In this document: positions 12,976-24,456 of the stretch, one piece after another
How the letters are laid out: the number at the start of each line of letters is the position of its first letter
Position numbering within the stretch: the stretch's first letter is position 1
The notes under the pieces: generated by a model
What the model saw: the letters and a program-made list of their open reading frames with translations, nothing else
Databases searched by the model: none
Told to the model about the DNA's origin: nothing
Translations under genes and position numbers: made by a program
Assembly: GCA_002633005.1 (NCBI GenBank)
Contig: NMRA01000756.1
Span: 68,251-132,250 of the forward strand
Reading direction: 5' to 3'
Source of the DNA: Phoronis australis
Lineage: Eukaryota > Animalia > Phoronida
DNA length: 64,000 bases

Positions 12976-13088
12976 TGTTATATATGTTGCCCGATAGATG
13001 TCACCGTAGGTAGTAGTTCCTGACAATACAGTCTAAGAAAAAAACCACGTTGTTTATGTCTCCGTAAAATGTGGTAACAAACGTGACA
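12976..13088 (+). repeat. 5' LTR
   Basis: tgttatatatg...aaacgtgaca; direct repeat of 17319-17431. Confidence 0.95.
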
Positions 13089-13280
13089 TTTTGGCGAAGA
13101 GAACGGTTCTTAGTAAGGAACTCACGTAAGGTCGGCACTCAGGCATGAGAGGGTGATGCTTGGAAATTCGAACTGTCATTACTTTTGCTGAAATTCCGTT
13201 TCGATTATCGGAAGTCTTTGAATTTGTAGTGCGTAGTGATACATATTCGTTTTTTTTCAACGTAAGTGCTGAACTGTACC

Positions 13281-14070
13281 ATGTCAGGCGGTATTGGCAA
13301 AATTTAGGTGTTCAACGACACGGTCGAACCGTGGTGCGCGTATAAAGAGCGGCTGGATCAATATTTCTTAGCCAATGACGTAACTTGTGACAAAAAGGTG
13401 CCCGCCCTATTGAGTTGCATTGGCGGACGCACATGCGGGTTATTATGGGATTTGACCGCACCGGCTTTGCCAGCCTTGAAATCATATGAATTTTTAACGG
13501 GTGTATTAGAGAAGCATTTATCCCCGAAACCAATCGTGATAGCTGAACGTTTTCGCTTTCACATGCGTGAGCAAAATGAAGGCGAGTGCGTGCGTGATTA
13601 CGTTGCGCAGTTGAGGAAGTTCAGTCAATACTGTGACTTTGGGGACAATTTAAACGATACCCTGCGCGACAGACTTGTATGTGGTTTACGCAATGAACAG
13701 ATACAAAAACGTTTATTAAGCGAGAAAAACCTGACGTATGAAAAGGCTTTTGACATAGCTACCGCGATGGAAACTGCAACCAAGGATGCCGTTGAACTAC
13801 AAGGGAAGGCGAATGTTCACAAAATGTCGCATAAAGTGTCGCATCATAAGAAATCTGGCAAGCCTAATAAAGGTAAACATGACCGCTCACCCCAAAAGGG
13901 GACACAACAGAGACAAACACACAGCAGCGCGATGTTTTCGATGTAAGAAACTTGGTCATGATCCGGAAGACTGTTATTTCAAAAACGCAAAGTGTCACCG
14001 ATGTGGCCAGGTTGGACACATACAGAAGGCTTTTTCATCGAAATCCAACACCGAGGGTAGACGCTTTTGA
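13281..14070 (+). pseudogene. Gypsy gag (disrupted)
   Basis: ATG 13281, in-frame TAG at 13305, ERFRFHMREQNEGE..DYVAQLR, LRDRLVCG, then frameshifted zinc knuckles CFRCKKLGHDPEDC and CHRCGQVGH. Confidence 0.9.
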
Positions 14071-17000
14071 TAGCTCTAGTTGTAGCGACACCGAGTATTT
14101 GGGTACACTGGAACCGTTACGTCTCAATCGCGTTAAAACTGATCGCGACATCATATGGGTTGAGCCAGAGGTGGACGGACAGCTCTTATCCATGGAACTT
14201 GACACCGGCGCTGGTGTGTCCGTGATTTCTCGCAGTGATTACAACCGGCATTTCACGATAGAGTTGGGAGCGTGTGACTTGCGTTTCAAAACGTACACCT
14301 GCGAGAAAGTACGTCCGTTAGGAGTTATGAAAGTTCATGTACTTTACAACGATCAGATGGCTTAATTAGACTTGTACGTGGTCGAAAGTGGTGGACCACC
14401 GCTGCTTGGTCGAGAGTGGCTTCGTGCGCTTCACGTGGACTGGACTGGCATCAAGTCACTTCGCGCAAATTTATCAGCCACACCTGTATCTGCTATATCG
14501 AAAGCGAAGTCCCTATGCACGGAATGCAGCGACGTGTTTCGAGACGAAATTGGAAATTTGAAAAACATTGAGGCACGTGTCAACCTCAGAGAAAACGCGA
14601 CACCGAAATTTTGCAAAGCACGACCGGTAGCGTACGCGCTGAAACCTCGTGTTGAGGCTGAACTAGACCGATTGGTAGGCACGGGTATCTTGAGCAAGGT
14701 GGACCACAGTGATTGGGCGACGCCCTTAATCCCGATTGTCAAAAAGGACGGGAGCATTCGTATCTGTGGAGATTTTAAGGTTACGCTCAATCAGGTCTTA
14801 GAAAATGAGAAATACCCTCTACCTCGAATTGACGATATTTTTGCCACACTCGCTGGTGGTGAACATTTCACGAAAATTGACCTTAAGAACGCGTATCTTC
14901 AAATGAACGTCCGCGAGGAAGATCAGAAGTATCTCACAATTAACACTCACAAGGGTCTTTTCGCATCTGCGCCAGCAATCTGGCAACGCGCTATGGAACA
15001 GGTGCTACAAGGACAGCCAAACACCCAAGTGTTACTGGATGACGTCATCATCACAGGCAAAAGTGATGAGGAACATCTTGTTCAATTTGAAAAAGTTTTG
15101 AAGCGTTTACGCGAGTACGGACTACGCGTAAATCTACAGAAATGTGAGATCTTCAAAAAGAAAATCGAATACTGCGGCCATGAGATCGATCGAGAGGGTC
15201 TGCACAAGACACGCGAGAAAATTGACGCCGTAATGAAAGCCCCTACTCCGGAGAATGCTGAATAATTGCGTTCGTTTTTAGGGCTAGTAAACTACTATCG
15301 AACGTTTTTGCCCATGGCCTCTTCCGTGTTGGCACCGCTGAATAAACTGCTTGAGAAGACCACACCGTGGAGCTGGACGAACGACTGCGATTGCGCTTTT
15401 CGAGAGGTTAAACATTTGATAACTTCTGAGCGAGTACTTGCACACTATGACCCTGAGTTACCACTAAGTTTGGCATGTGATGCAAGTCCGCATGGTGTAG
15501 GTTGTGTTCTCTCGCATGTCATGAAAGATGGATCGGTACGTCCGATAGTGTTCGCGTCACGCTCGCTTAATGCCGCTGAAAAGAACTATTCGCAAACAGA
15601 CAAGGAAGGGTTAAGTCTCGTTTGGGCTGTGAAAAAATGCCAATGTTATTTGTACGGTAGACACTTTAACCTGGTGACCGATCACCAACCGCTACTGTCA
15701 ATATTCGGTCCCAAAACGGGCATTTCCGCTACGACGGCAGCGCGTCTGCAGCGCTATGCATTGTTTTTGTCTGGTTACGACTATACGATTGACTACAAGA
15801 ACACTAAGCTGCACGGAAACGCTAACAGCTTGTCGAGACTACCGCTACGACATGAAACTACCGTGGAAACCGAAGATGTTCTCGATTCCTCCCATGTGTA
15901 CACGATGAAGCAACTTGAAACGTTACCGATACGGTTCACGCAGATTCAGCAGGAAACTGTACGCGATCCAGTTTTGAAACGAGTATACGACGCTGTCATG
16001 AGGGGATGGTCCGAAAACAGTGACTCGGAACTCGCACCATTCTATAGCCGTCGCAATGCTCTGACTGTTCATCAGGGATGTCTTATTTGTGGAATCCGAG
16101 TTATTGTTCCTCAGTGTTTTCGCGAACAGTTACTGGACGAGTTGCATGTTGGTCACTTGGGGGTAGTGAAAATGAAATCGCTCGCTCGTTCGTATGTCTG
16201 GTGGCCGGGCATTGATCACGCGGTTGAGACTTTAGCAAAATCATGCCATGGATGTCAGTCAACTGCTCGTATGCCGAGCGAAGCTCCACTTCATCCGTGG
16301 GAATTTCCTGCCAAACCGTGGCAGAGACTCCACAAAGACTTCGCTGGGGAATTCATGGGTAGTATGTTTCTGATACTCGTTGACGCCCATTCAAAATGGC
16401 CCGAGGTTGTGCCCATGCAATCTACTACCGCGGAGAAGACAATCGATGTGTTACGCCAAATCTTTGCAAGGTTCGGTTTGCCGGAACAAATTGTTAGCGA
16501 TAACGGACCTCAGTTAAATGTTTCGCGGGAGTACGAGGATTTCCTAGCTCGCAATGGAATCCGTCTGATTCGATCTGCGCCATACCACCCCAAGACAAAT
16601 GGTCTGGCTGAGATATTCGTCAACACGTTTAAGTCGGCTATGAAAGCATCCAAGCGTGATAGTGGTTCGATGCTAAAGAAACTGTACAATATTCTGTTAG
16701 CCTACCGGAATGCGCCCCAAGCAACAACGGGAGAAACACCCTCGAAACTGTTGTTGAGAAAACAGGCTCAAACACGACGCGACTTAGTGAAGCCGAATTT
16801 AAGTGTGACTGTTGAACGTGCTCAGAAACGCATGTGTAACTCTAAGCCAACTAAGGAACGCGACTTTACTGTCGGTGATCGGGTTGCTGTCCCTGCGTAT
16901 CGCTCTGGGGAACGTTGGGTTCCTGGAGTAGTTAAAGAGCAGACAGGACCAGTTTCGTATAGAGTGGAGACTGCGCCTAATGTGCATTGGCGGAGACATG

Positions 17001-17212
17001 CTGATCAAATGCGTTCTGCTGATTTTTCTGCGGATCCGCCTGTCGTGTCTCCACCTGATATATCTGTACCGTCTGTCCGTGTGCCAAGTGACAATGTGCC
17101 CGAAACGGAACCCGTAGTCTGACAACGTACCAATTAGATCTCCAGCACCGTCAGATCAACCTGTGAGACGTTCTACGCGGATTCGTAAGCAGCCACAGAG
17201 ACTGGACTTGTA
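14071..17212 (+). pseudogene. Gypsy pol (protease, RT, RNase H, integrase), disrupted
   Basis: LDTGAGVS protease; RICGDFK and LLDD in RT, with a short deletion after THKGLF; ACDASPHG RNase H; H..H/C..C zinc finger, SDNGPQ and PYHPKTNGLAE integrase. In-frame stops at 14363 and 15263; frameshift near 17120. Confidence 0.92.
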
Positions 17213-17318
17213 GAGACTGGTTGTGTAGTAATACGACTTGACACTTGATCTTGATTTAGACTTGGTTTATTGATACTTCGTTATTTGTTGCATGGACATT
17301 TTAGTTAAGGTGGAGGGG

Positions 17319-17431
17319 TGTTATGTATGTTGCCCGATAGATGTCACCGTAGGTAGCAGTTCCTGACAATACAGTCTAAGAAAGAAACCACGTTGTTTAT
17401 GTCTCCGTAAAATGTGGTAATAAACGTGACA
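17319..17431 (+). repeat. 3' LTR
   Basis: Preceded by PPT aaggtggagggg; TG..CA termini. Confidence 0.95.
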
Positions 17432-20342
17432 GTCGATGAAATACTGCGGTGTCGCGACCCCCTTTTTTGACATCCGGGTGTATACCAGATCGGCAATGGG
17501 CATGCCTGGTTCCGAGACTGCTCTTGAAGAATTAATGTGTCGCGTCCTTGGCGATTTTCTTCAGGAGGGCATATTAATCAAACTTGCCAATGGCATCTAT
17601 TGTGGCGGCGAGTCCCCATAGGAACTTGCATCTAACTGGAAACGAGTTCTCCATGCCTTACACGCGTGTGATCTCAAGTTGTCTGCCTCAAAAACCATTA
17701 TTTGCCCTAAGTCGACGACCATACTTGGTTGGATATGGACACAGGAACGACTCTCAGCTAGCCCACATCGAATGGGTACCCTGGCCATGCAGGAGCCCCC
17801 TGTCACTGTGAAGCAGATGAGATCCTTCATTGGTGCCTATAAAATGCTAGGCCGCGTCCTTCCTCATTGCTCCCAGCTTTTAGCTCCCCTAGATAGAGCA
17901 ATCGCTGGTTTAGACTCCTGTGATAAGATGAATTGGTCCAATGAACTACATCAGCACTTCAGTGTTGCCAAAATAGCTGTCTCCCATAGCAAGTCAATCA
18001 CCTTACCTCCACCCGATGACCATCTTTGGGTAGTGACAGATGGTCCAGTCTCTAAGCATGGTGTTGGCGCTACCCTTTACTTGTCACGGGGTAACAAAAC
18101 TCTGCTCGCCGGTTTCTTCAGTGCCAACTTACGACAACACCAAGTTTCATGGTTAGCTTGTGAGATTGAGGCTCTCAGCATCGCAGCCGCCATCAAACAT
18201 TTCAGTCCTTACATTGTACAGTCATTCCACAAAGCCTGCGTCTTGACTGATAGTATGCCCTGTGTTCAAGCTAACGACAAGCTTTCCTGAGGCGAGTTCT
18301 CTGCAAGTCCAAGAGTAACTTCATTTTTGTCCACAGTAAGCAGATTCAAGGTTTCCGTTAGACACCTCGCCGGTACTGCTAACATTCCGTCCGACTTTGC
18401 CAGTAGAAACGCCCCACCATGCTTCGAACCTAAGTGTCAGATTTGCAGCTTCATCGCCCTCACAGAAGACTCGGTTGATCGTCAGGTATCTTTCCAAGAT
18501 ATTCTGAGTAATCTGAAGGGACTTCCTTTCACGAGCCGTTCGGCTTGGTTGAGTACTCAATCTGAATGCCCTGTTCACTTGAAGCAAGGTACAAGACCTT
18601 CCAAAAAACTTACGAATTTGAGAGACGTCAAGCGTTACTTGAAAGTCGTCACCATATCGCACGATGGTCTTTTGGTGGTTAAGAATAACCAACCATTCCT
18701 TCCAAGCGCTGAGCTGATTGTAGTGCCACGTTCTGTACTTGACGGTTTGATCACTGCTCTTCACATCAAACTTAATCATCCTTCCGCGGACCAGTTGTGT
18801 ATGGTGATGAAACGTCAATTTTATGCACTTGAACTGTCAGAAGCCGTCAGTTCCGTGACCAAGTCTTGTCATTCTTGCACAGCACTACAAGGACTTCCCG
18901 CCCCATTGGTAACCCAGACGTCGGAGGACCCTCCAGAGGCAATCGGCCTGTCATTTGCTGCAGTGTATTATAAAACTTTCACGTCAAAACATCTTTAGTT
19001 AGTTCTAAGGGAGTGTGTAACTTCCTATGCTGCCAATTGCCTGTTACCCCACGAGAAGCGAGACACACTTCGCGATGGCCTGGCTAGATTAGCTCTTAAT
19101 CTACACCCTATCGGCGGACCTAACGCGGTCATACATGTACGTGTTGATCCCGCTCCTGGTTTTGTGTCTTTACAAGGGGACCAGCATCTCAACCTCCTCG
19201 GTCTTTCCATTGAAGTTGGAAGAGTGAAGAACCCAAACAAGAACCCAGTTGCCGAAAAGGCTGTCGCTGAGTTAGAACAAGAACTTTTACGGCACGAACC
19301 TGGAGGAGGTCCTGTCAGTGATCTTGGTCTCAGCATCGCTAATGCTCGTCTTAACTCTCGCATCCGTAGTCAGGCTCTCTCATCTCGTGAATTGTGGACC
19401 CAACGCTGTCAGTTCACCCACGACCAAATTCCTGTAGTTGACAGGAATTATATATTGGAGAAACACCGTCAGCGAGAGGTTAACCATGGCTATAGTGAAA
19501 GGTGAAGAACAAAGATTTTGTCAATGCCCATACTGCGCCAATCCATCTCGGTGATCTTGTTTATTGTATGTCGATGGTACCAAGTCTCGCATTCGAGATC
19601 GTTACCTGGTTACCAGCATTATTAGCGAGTGGTGCTTTATTCGTAAATTTATTGGTTCCCAACTAAAAGCGACATCCTACAAGGTTAAACTTTCCGACTG
19701 TTACCGCGTGCCGTCGCAGACATCCGTTGTTCTTCCTCTAGGTAAGACTTACGTTGACTACATGGATATCGTGGAACCACCAGACTCCCCCTGAGTCTCC
19801 TATGGAGTTAGTACGCCCACTTCATGACGGTAGATTAGATGACGACAAACACCATGAGTTACAGGCAGAAAAAATTCACCCTCAACCCACAAACCTGGAG
19901 ATTGCCCAGTCTGCTGTCGATGATTCCCACTCCACTCCACTGGCATAACCGACCTGCGTCAGCACCAGACCAAAACGTGTTCGACGGCCACCTTCATACT
20001 TAAAGGACTATGATGTTGATCTTCCTTATTGTACTCTAAGAGTAACTTTTACTTGGCAGACTCTAAATTCTTAGAAAATCCAGACTCTTGTTTAATAGTT
20101 GTATCTTAAGTTTTGCACACGATTATTCCTATACAAGTGAATTTCTTTATATCCTTCCAGTCATTGAGTAAGAAGAAAAGGAAGAGGAATTATGCCAGTT
20201 ATTAGTTTATTATTGTGTTGGCACATACGTTTGTGCGACCCCTGTCGAATCGTCTACTTCTTCCGCTTCTGTACCACGAGTTTGCGTTTAAATACAATTA
20301 CATATTTCGCTGCATTTTGGTGTTTGTTTGTCTACTGGCGCA
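17432..20342 (+). mobile_element. 5'-truncated, decayed second Gypsy-type LTR element (mid-RT, RNase H, integrase, PPT, 3' LTR about 20191-20342)
   Basis: [32 protein letters not shown] (RT); QMRSFIGAY; VVTDG..CEIEALSI..VLTDS (RNase H); HIKLNHP..CHSC; VDPAPGF, KNPVAEKAV (INT). PPT agaagaaaaggaagaggaa, then an LTR with inverted ends tatgccagt / actggcgca. Confidence 0.88.
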
Positions 20343-20618
20343 GTTTTAAAGGTAACGATTTATTTCTTGAAAAGGGGTAACGAAGATGAAAACAACGGAA
20401 GCTGTGCAGTGAACTTGTAACATCTCCTGGAAATAGTTAAAAAAACAACAATACTTGATATTTAATTTCCTAGGAGTCGGCGTCTGAGTTGCAGACGATA
20501 TATAGTCGGGACACCTATCGTCGTCAGGCTCCAATGGTCGTCTGCCATTTTCTTTCGCGTGCAGCGCAGCCACGCGGGACTTAGCGTTCCAATCTAGAGT
20601 GCTCGTCTGCACGTTAGG

Positions 20619-21462
20619 CATAGGCGGATTTATGGGGGGGGGCCCAGGGGGCCCNAATTCGGAACACGGCGCATTCGTAACAGAACTATGGCTAAGTCTA
20701 GGCTCTCCGGCGATATCCCAGGCGACCGGCAGTGGCGCTGCACACTACGACTCCGTCATTTTCGTCGTCTGCTCCACTGTGCAATAAAGAAAATTTACCT
20801 GAGTGACGATGAAAAAACAGAAGCTGCTGGTAAGATGTGAATTTTAATCGAAGCCTTGGTGAATCACTCAGAAATTCGCAATACTCTCTTTGTCAAACCT
20901 TATCTTAAGACGATTTCCAAAGCAATCCCGTCATTATTGCCAACACGAAAAACAGATTTGGTCTTTTGGGCATTTGAAGACTATTTTAAATACGACAAAT
21001 TTGTTAAGAATTCATGGCACAAAATATAAAACGTGTAATAAGTATTACGAAAAGAAGTAGGTTTCGCGCGCAAACGAAGTGGACCATAAACAACTAGGTC
21101 TTTCAGTACAGGAATAGTATTTAAATCGTGGTGGTGTAGTGGTAACGCACGCGATCTCTCACCGCCAACTCGTGGGTTCAAGTCTTTGGAACGTTCAGTT
21201 TTTTATGTTTGACACGTTCTCCGTGTTTTTTTTATTTTTTTTTCCTTTTTTACTTGGATAATACTTCAGGAATCAAGGAAAATGCTTGATTTTTAGAGGT
21301 AAAAACAGAAAAATTTCCTGAGCGGGAGGGGGGCAAACCCCTCTCCCGACCTCCCCCCATTCGGTGCTATGCGCATCTACAGTAGTGGTTCAGTTTGCGC
21401 AAATGCTTACAGCCGGACAAAATCTTGTCCCCCCCCCTTGTGATATCCTAGATCCGCCACTG
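20619..21462. mobile_element. Non-autonomous DNA element with GGCGGAT-type termini, flanked by TTAGG direct repeats
   Basis: Left cataggcggattt, right atccgccactg; TTAGG at 20614-20618 and 21463-21467. The right about 220 bp recurs inverted at 43760-43989. Confidence 0.55.
21127..21186 (+). mobile_element. tRNA-derived SINE head (degenerate)
   Basis: A box tggtgtagtgg and B box ggttcaagtc at tRNA spacing; no intact cloverleaf. Confidence 0.5.
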
Positions 21463-22631
21463 TTAGGTACTAACCTCTCGGGAGAAACACGCATGGAAGA
21501 ACTGAGACGAAAATCGGTGCATTTACCGACTGTTTTTGAGACCTCTTAAAAACTTGTAGATTTTACTAATGCACTTTTTTGTTCATTTTCAGAAGATTTT
21601 TTCGAAATTAAATTTTCTTCAGACGGAACAAAAACCAACCCAGATATTGTTTATGCAATGTATCCGTTTGTCCCAGGCACCAACCGACACCTGTTAGGCC
21701 AAAGGAAAAACTCAGCAGACAAATGCAACAAGCTGGGTGCTTAACAGTTTCGGCTCACGCATTCGTCATCAAAATATTGTCCACTTGTTTTTTATTGCAA
21801 AACACAGTACTGAGCTCAACATTTATGTTGAAATTTTTGGTTCAGGCATTTTGTATTTATTTGAAGAAAATTAAAATACTTGAACTGATAGAGAGTGGTC
21901 ACCAGTAAAGTAAAACATTGACTTTATTTCACTATATTGCAATTGCTACATACAACACAGCATGACATAATGAAAAATAAAAGAAGAGATTGAGCAATAA
22001 AATGCAAATGCAACTTGGGTATTTATTTAGTCATTTATGCAGAAGTCTGTTGAAGGTGAGAAAAAATCAAGCAATATGATATAGGGTAATTTAGTAGAAC
22101 AACTGTATCGAGGCTCAATGATCAACTTCCGCAGACCAAGTCTCAAAGGGTTACAGTTCTGTTTTGGCTGACAAGATGTTTTAACATCTTCTTTTAAAAA
22201 AGAGAATGAAGAAAAACTGAAAAGAAAAATACAGACAGCATAGATAAGTGGTATTAAGAACAACAAGAACAAAAAGTCAAATAAAGAGGTCACAAATAGA
22301 AAATAAGTAAGGTCTATCTGGAATAAAACAATCACGATTTATTTTCCAGAACTGAAATTCTGAATCAATTTTAATAGATTTAAAATTTGATATCATACCA
22401 GTAAAATAGTGTGTGGTTGAACTAGAATTGTTGTAAACCACTTTCCACTATTTTCTTGGCCTTTTTCTGTGTGTTTTTCTGTTCTTTCAAAAGGCGGCAG
22501 CATATGACGACCATAGGAGTCATTATAAAATGGCTGCAGAAAAGCAATGCAAAGTTCAAACACCTTGGCATAAATAAAAAAAAACTTTTGAATCAACGAA
22601 TACTATATATTTGTGAGAGTTAAATCAAATC

Positions 22632-22727
22632 CTATTCAGAGGATAACTTTGAAGTGGAATAATTGGGTGAGTACGACAACAAGCCGATTTCATGCTTAGG
22701 AGGACGACCATTGGGTACCCGAGTATA
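22632..22727 (+). repeat. Dispersed repeat, second copy at 59327-59423
   Basis: tattcaga..ataactttgaagtggaataatt.ggtgagtac...gacgaccattgggt.cccg shared by both copies. Confidence 0.8.
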
Positions 22728-24300
22728 GTATTCAGCAATTGAAAACTGAGAAATGAGTGTCTTATAATTAAAAGTTTTGTTCCAGATTTTACGTTTAGGG
22801 CCTGGTTGCATGTTGAGTGTTAGTTATACTGCTGCAATTGCATTACTTTGAACTATTTTTGGAAAGTTTGGTGATTGAACCGGCTGAAGACGTCGTGTCG
22901 ACATTGACCTACCTTTTGAACTTTCCATGTCAGGGGTCGATGTTGAAGTAGTGCGGGAGATGAACTTTATTACATGGCCGTATTTCCCTCGACAGATTCA
23001 ACGCGCGTGGGATAAAGTAAAAAAAATTCAATGTTATTGTTTACCACTCTCTATCAGTTCAAGTATTTTAATTTTTTTCAATTAAATTCAAAATGCCAAA
23101 AATTTCAGCTCTGCACTGTGTTCTGCAATAAAAAAGTGGAAAACATTTTGATGGCATTGCAATGCAATGCGTGGGTCGAAACTGTTAAGCACCCAGCGTG
23201 TTGCATTTGTCTGCGCCGTTTTTCCTTTGACATTATAGGTCTCGGCTTTTGCGTGGGACAAATAGATACATTGCATAAACCATAGACTGTAGATAGGGCT
23301 TGTCAACTCTCGTCAGAGCGCGTTGAGCATGTTGCGGACCAAGGGATATAAGCACTGGTGATGAGAGAACGCTGCTGACGGAGAAAACTTCCGGTTTTAC
23401 GGAGCGGCCGTCCCGCGTTTGAAGATATGCTTAAGCAAGTAGTAGAACTGTTTATTTTTTGAAGTTTTTTAAGACTTTTACAAATAAAATGGGTTTATTG
23501 ATCTCTGTCATGTCATTTAAAAAACATTCACAAGATAATCCAGTCATGTTATGAGTTATTAGCGCCAGAAACGTAGTCAGATGATTTCCCGTGTTTACGA
23601 CAGACAGTCGCATCAGCTGATTTTTATTTCAAGTAGTATTAGCTGAGTTTGTTTAAATTGGGTACCGTACGAATCAACTCCTAAACATAAGCACAAGTAT
23701 GAACCGACAAAAATGATTTTGTAACAACATTTAAAGATTTGTTCCAGGGGAAAGGGACAAGGCTACTAGTAGCTGACATTGACATATCATTTGCAAAACC
23801 TGAGTGTAAAAAACTTGATGTCACTATTACAATAGACCAGAGTACATTCTAACACAACTTCTAAACATAGTTATGATTATACAAAATTGGTTAAATACAC
23901 AACATTTGTCGTTGTTAACAATCTTTATTCCGTTCATTCTCGGAACAAAATTCGACACTCAACAGAACATAAGTTGGTAAAGCAATTGACCAAGAGACAT
24001 GATTAAAAGACGCGCGATATTTCGAAACATACTCGTTTCATTCTCAAGTGGAAATAAAATGACGCAGTGATACCATCACCCCGGGAAACGGCAGGCCTGA
24101 AATACGGCAAAGACTGACGAATGGAGGGGGGTAACTGGAAAGTCAGGCAAACAAGTGTAGCGTTCAGCGCGACCCTGTTTGCTGCTCATTCAAAACAGGC
24201 TTATCGAATGCAATCAAAAGGGACTCCAGTACTTTCAATTGCAGCACATCGTGCTCTACATGGATATGTTTTCCACAATTTCTTGATTGGTGATACTTAT

Positions 24301-24428
24301 GCATGGGCAGAGCACCAGAGGGAGCTGGGGGGTATAGCCCCCACTGCACCGCCCATGCCAATGGGCGGCGCGCATAGGAGTCTGAGGGGCTATAGCCCCC
24401 ACTTAGTTCAGTGCTGCACCGCCCATGT
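24301..24428. mobile_element. Two tandem about 60-bp CATGGGC...GCCCATG mini-MITEs (third copy 26846-26914)
   Basis: Each unit has short inverted ends and a ggagctggggg..tagccccc core. Confidence 0.6.
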
Positions 24429-24456
24429 TATGATTATGAAGGTAGGCATGGAAAGA

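Larger units (their letters stand above)
12976..17431 (+). mobile_element. Near full-length, decayed Ty3/Gypsy LTR retrotransposon (Mag-like, K02A2.6-type pol)
   Basis: 113-bp LTRs at 12976-13088 and 17319-17431 (TG..CA, 4 differences), PBS-like tggcgaagag after the 5' LTR, PPT before the 3' LTR; domain order gag-CCHC-PR-RT-RNaseH-INT. Confidence 0.97.

Noticed and set aside
13281-17212. Active Gypsy with programmed frameshift or readthrough
   Set aside because: Several independent stops, frameshifts, an RT deletion and an altered YxDD indicate decay.
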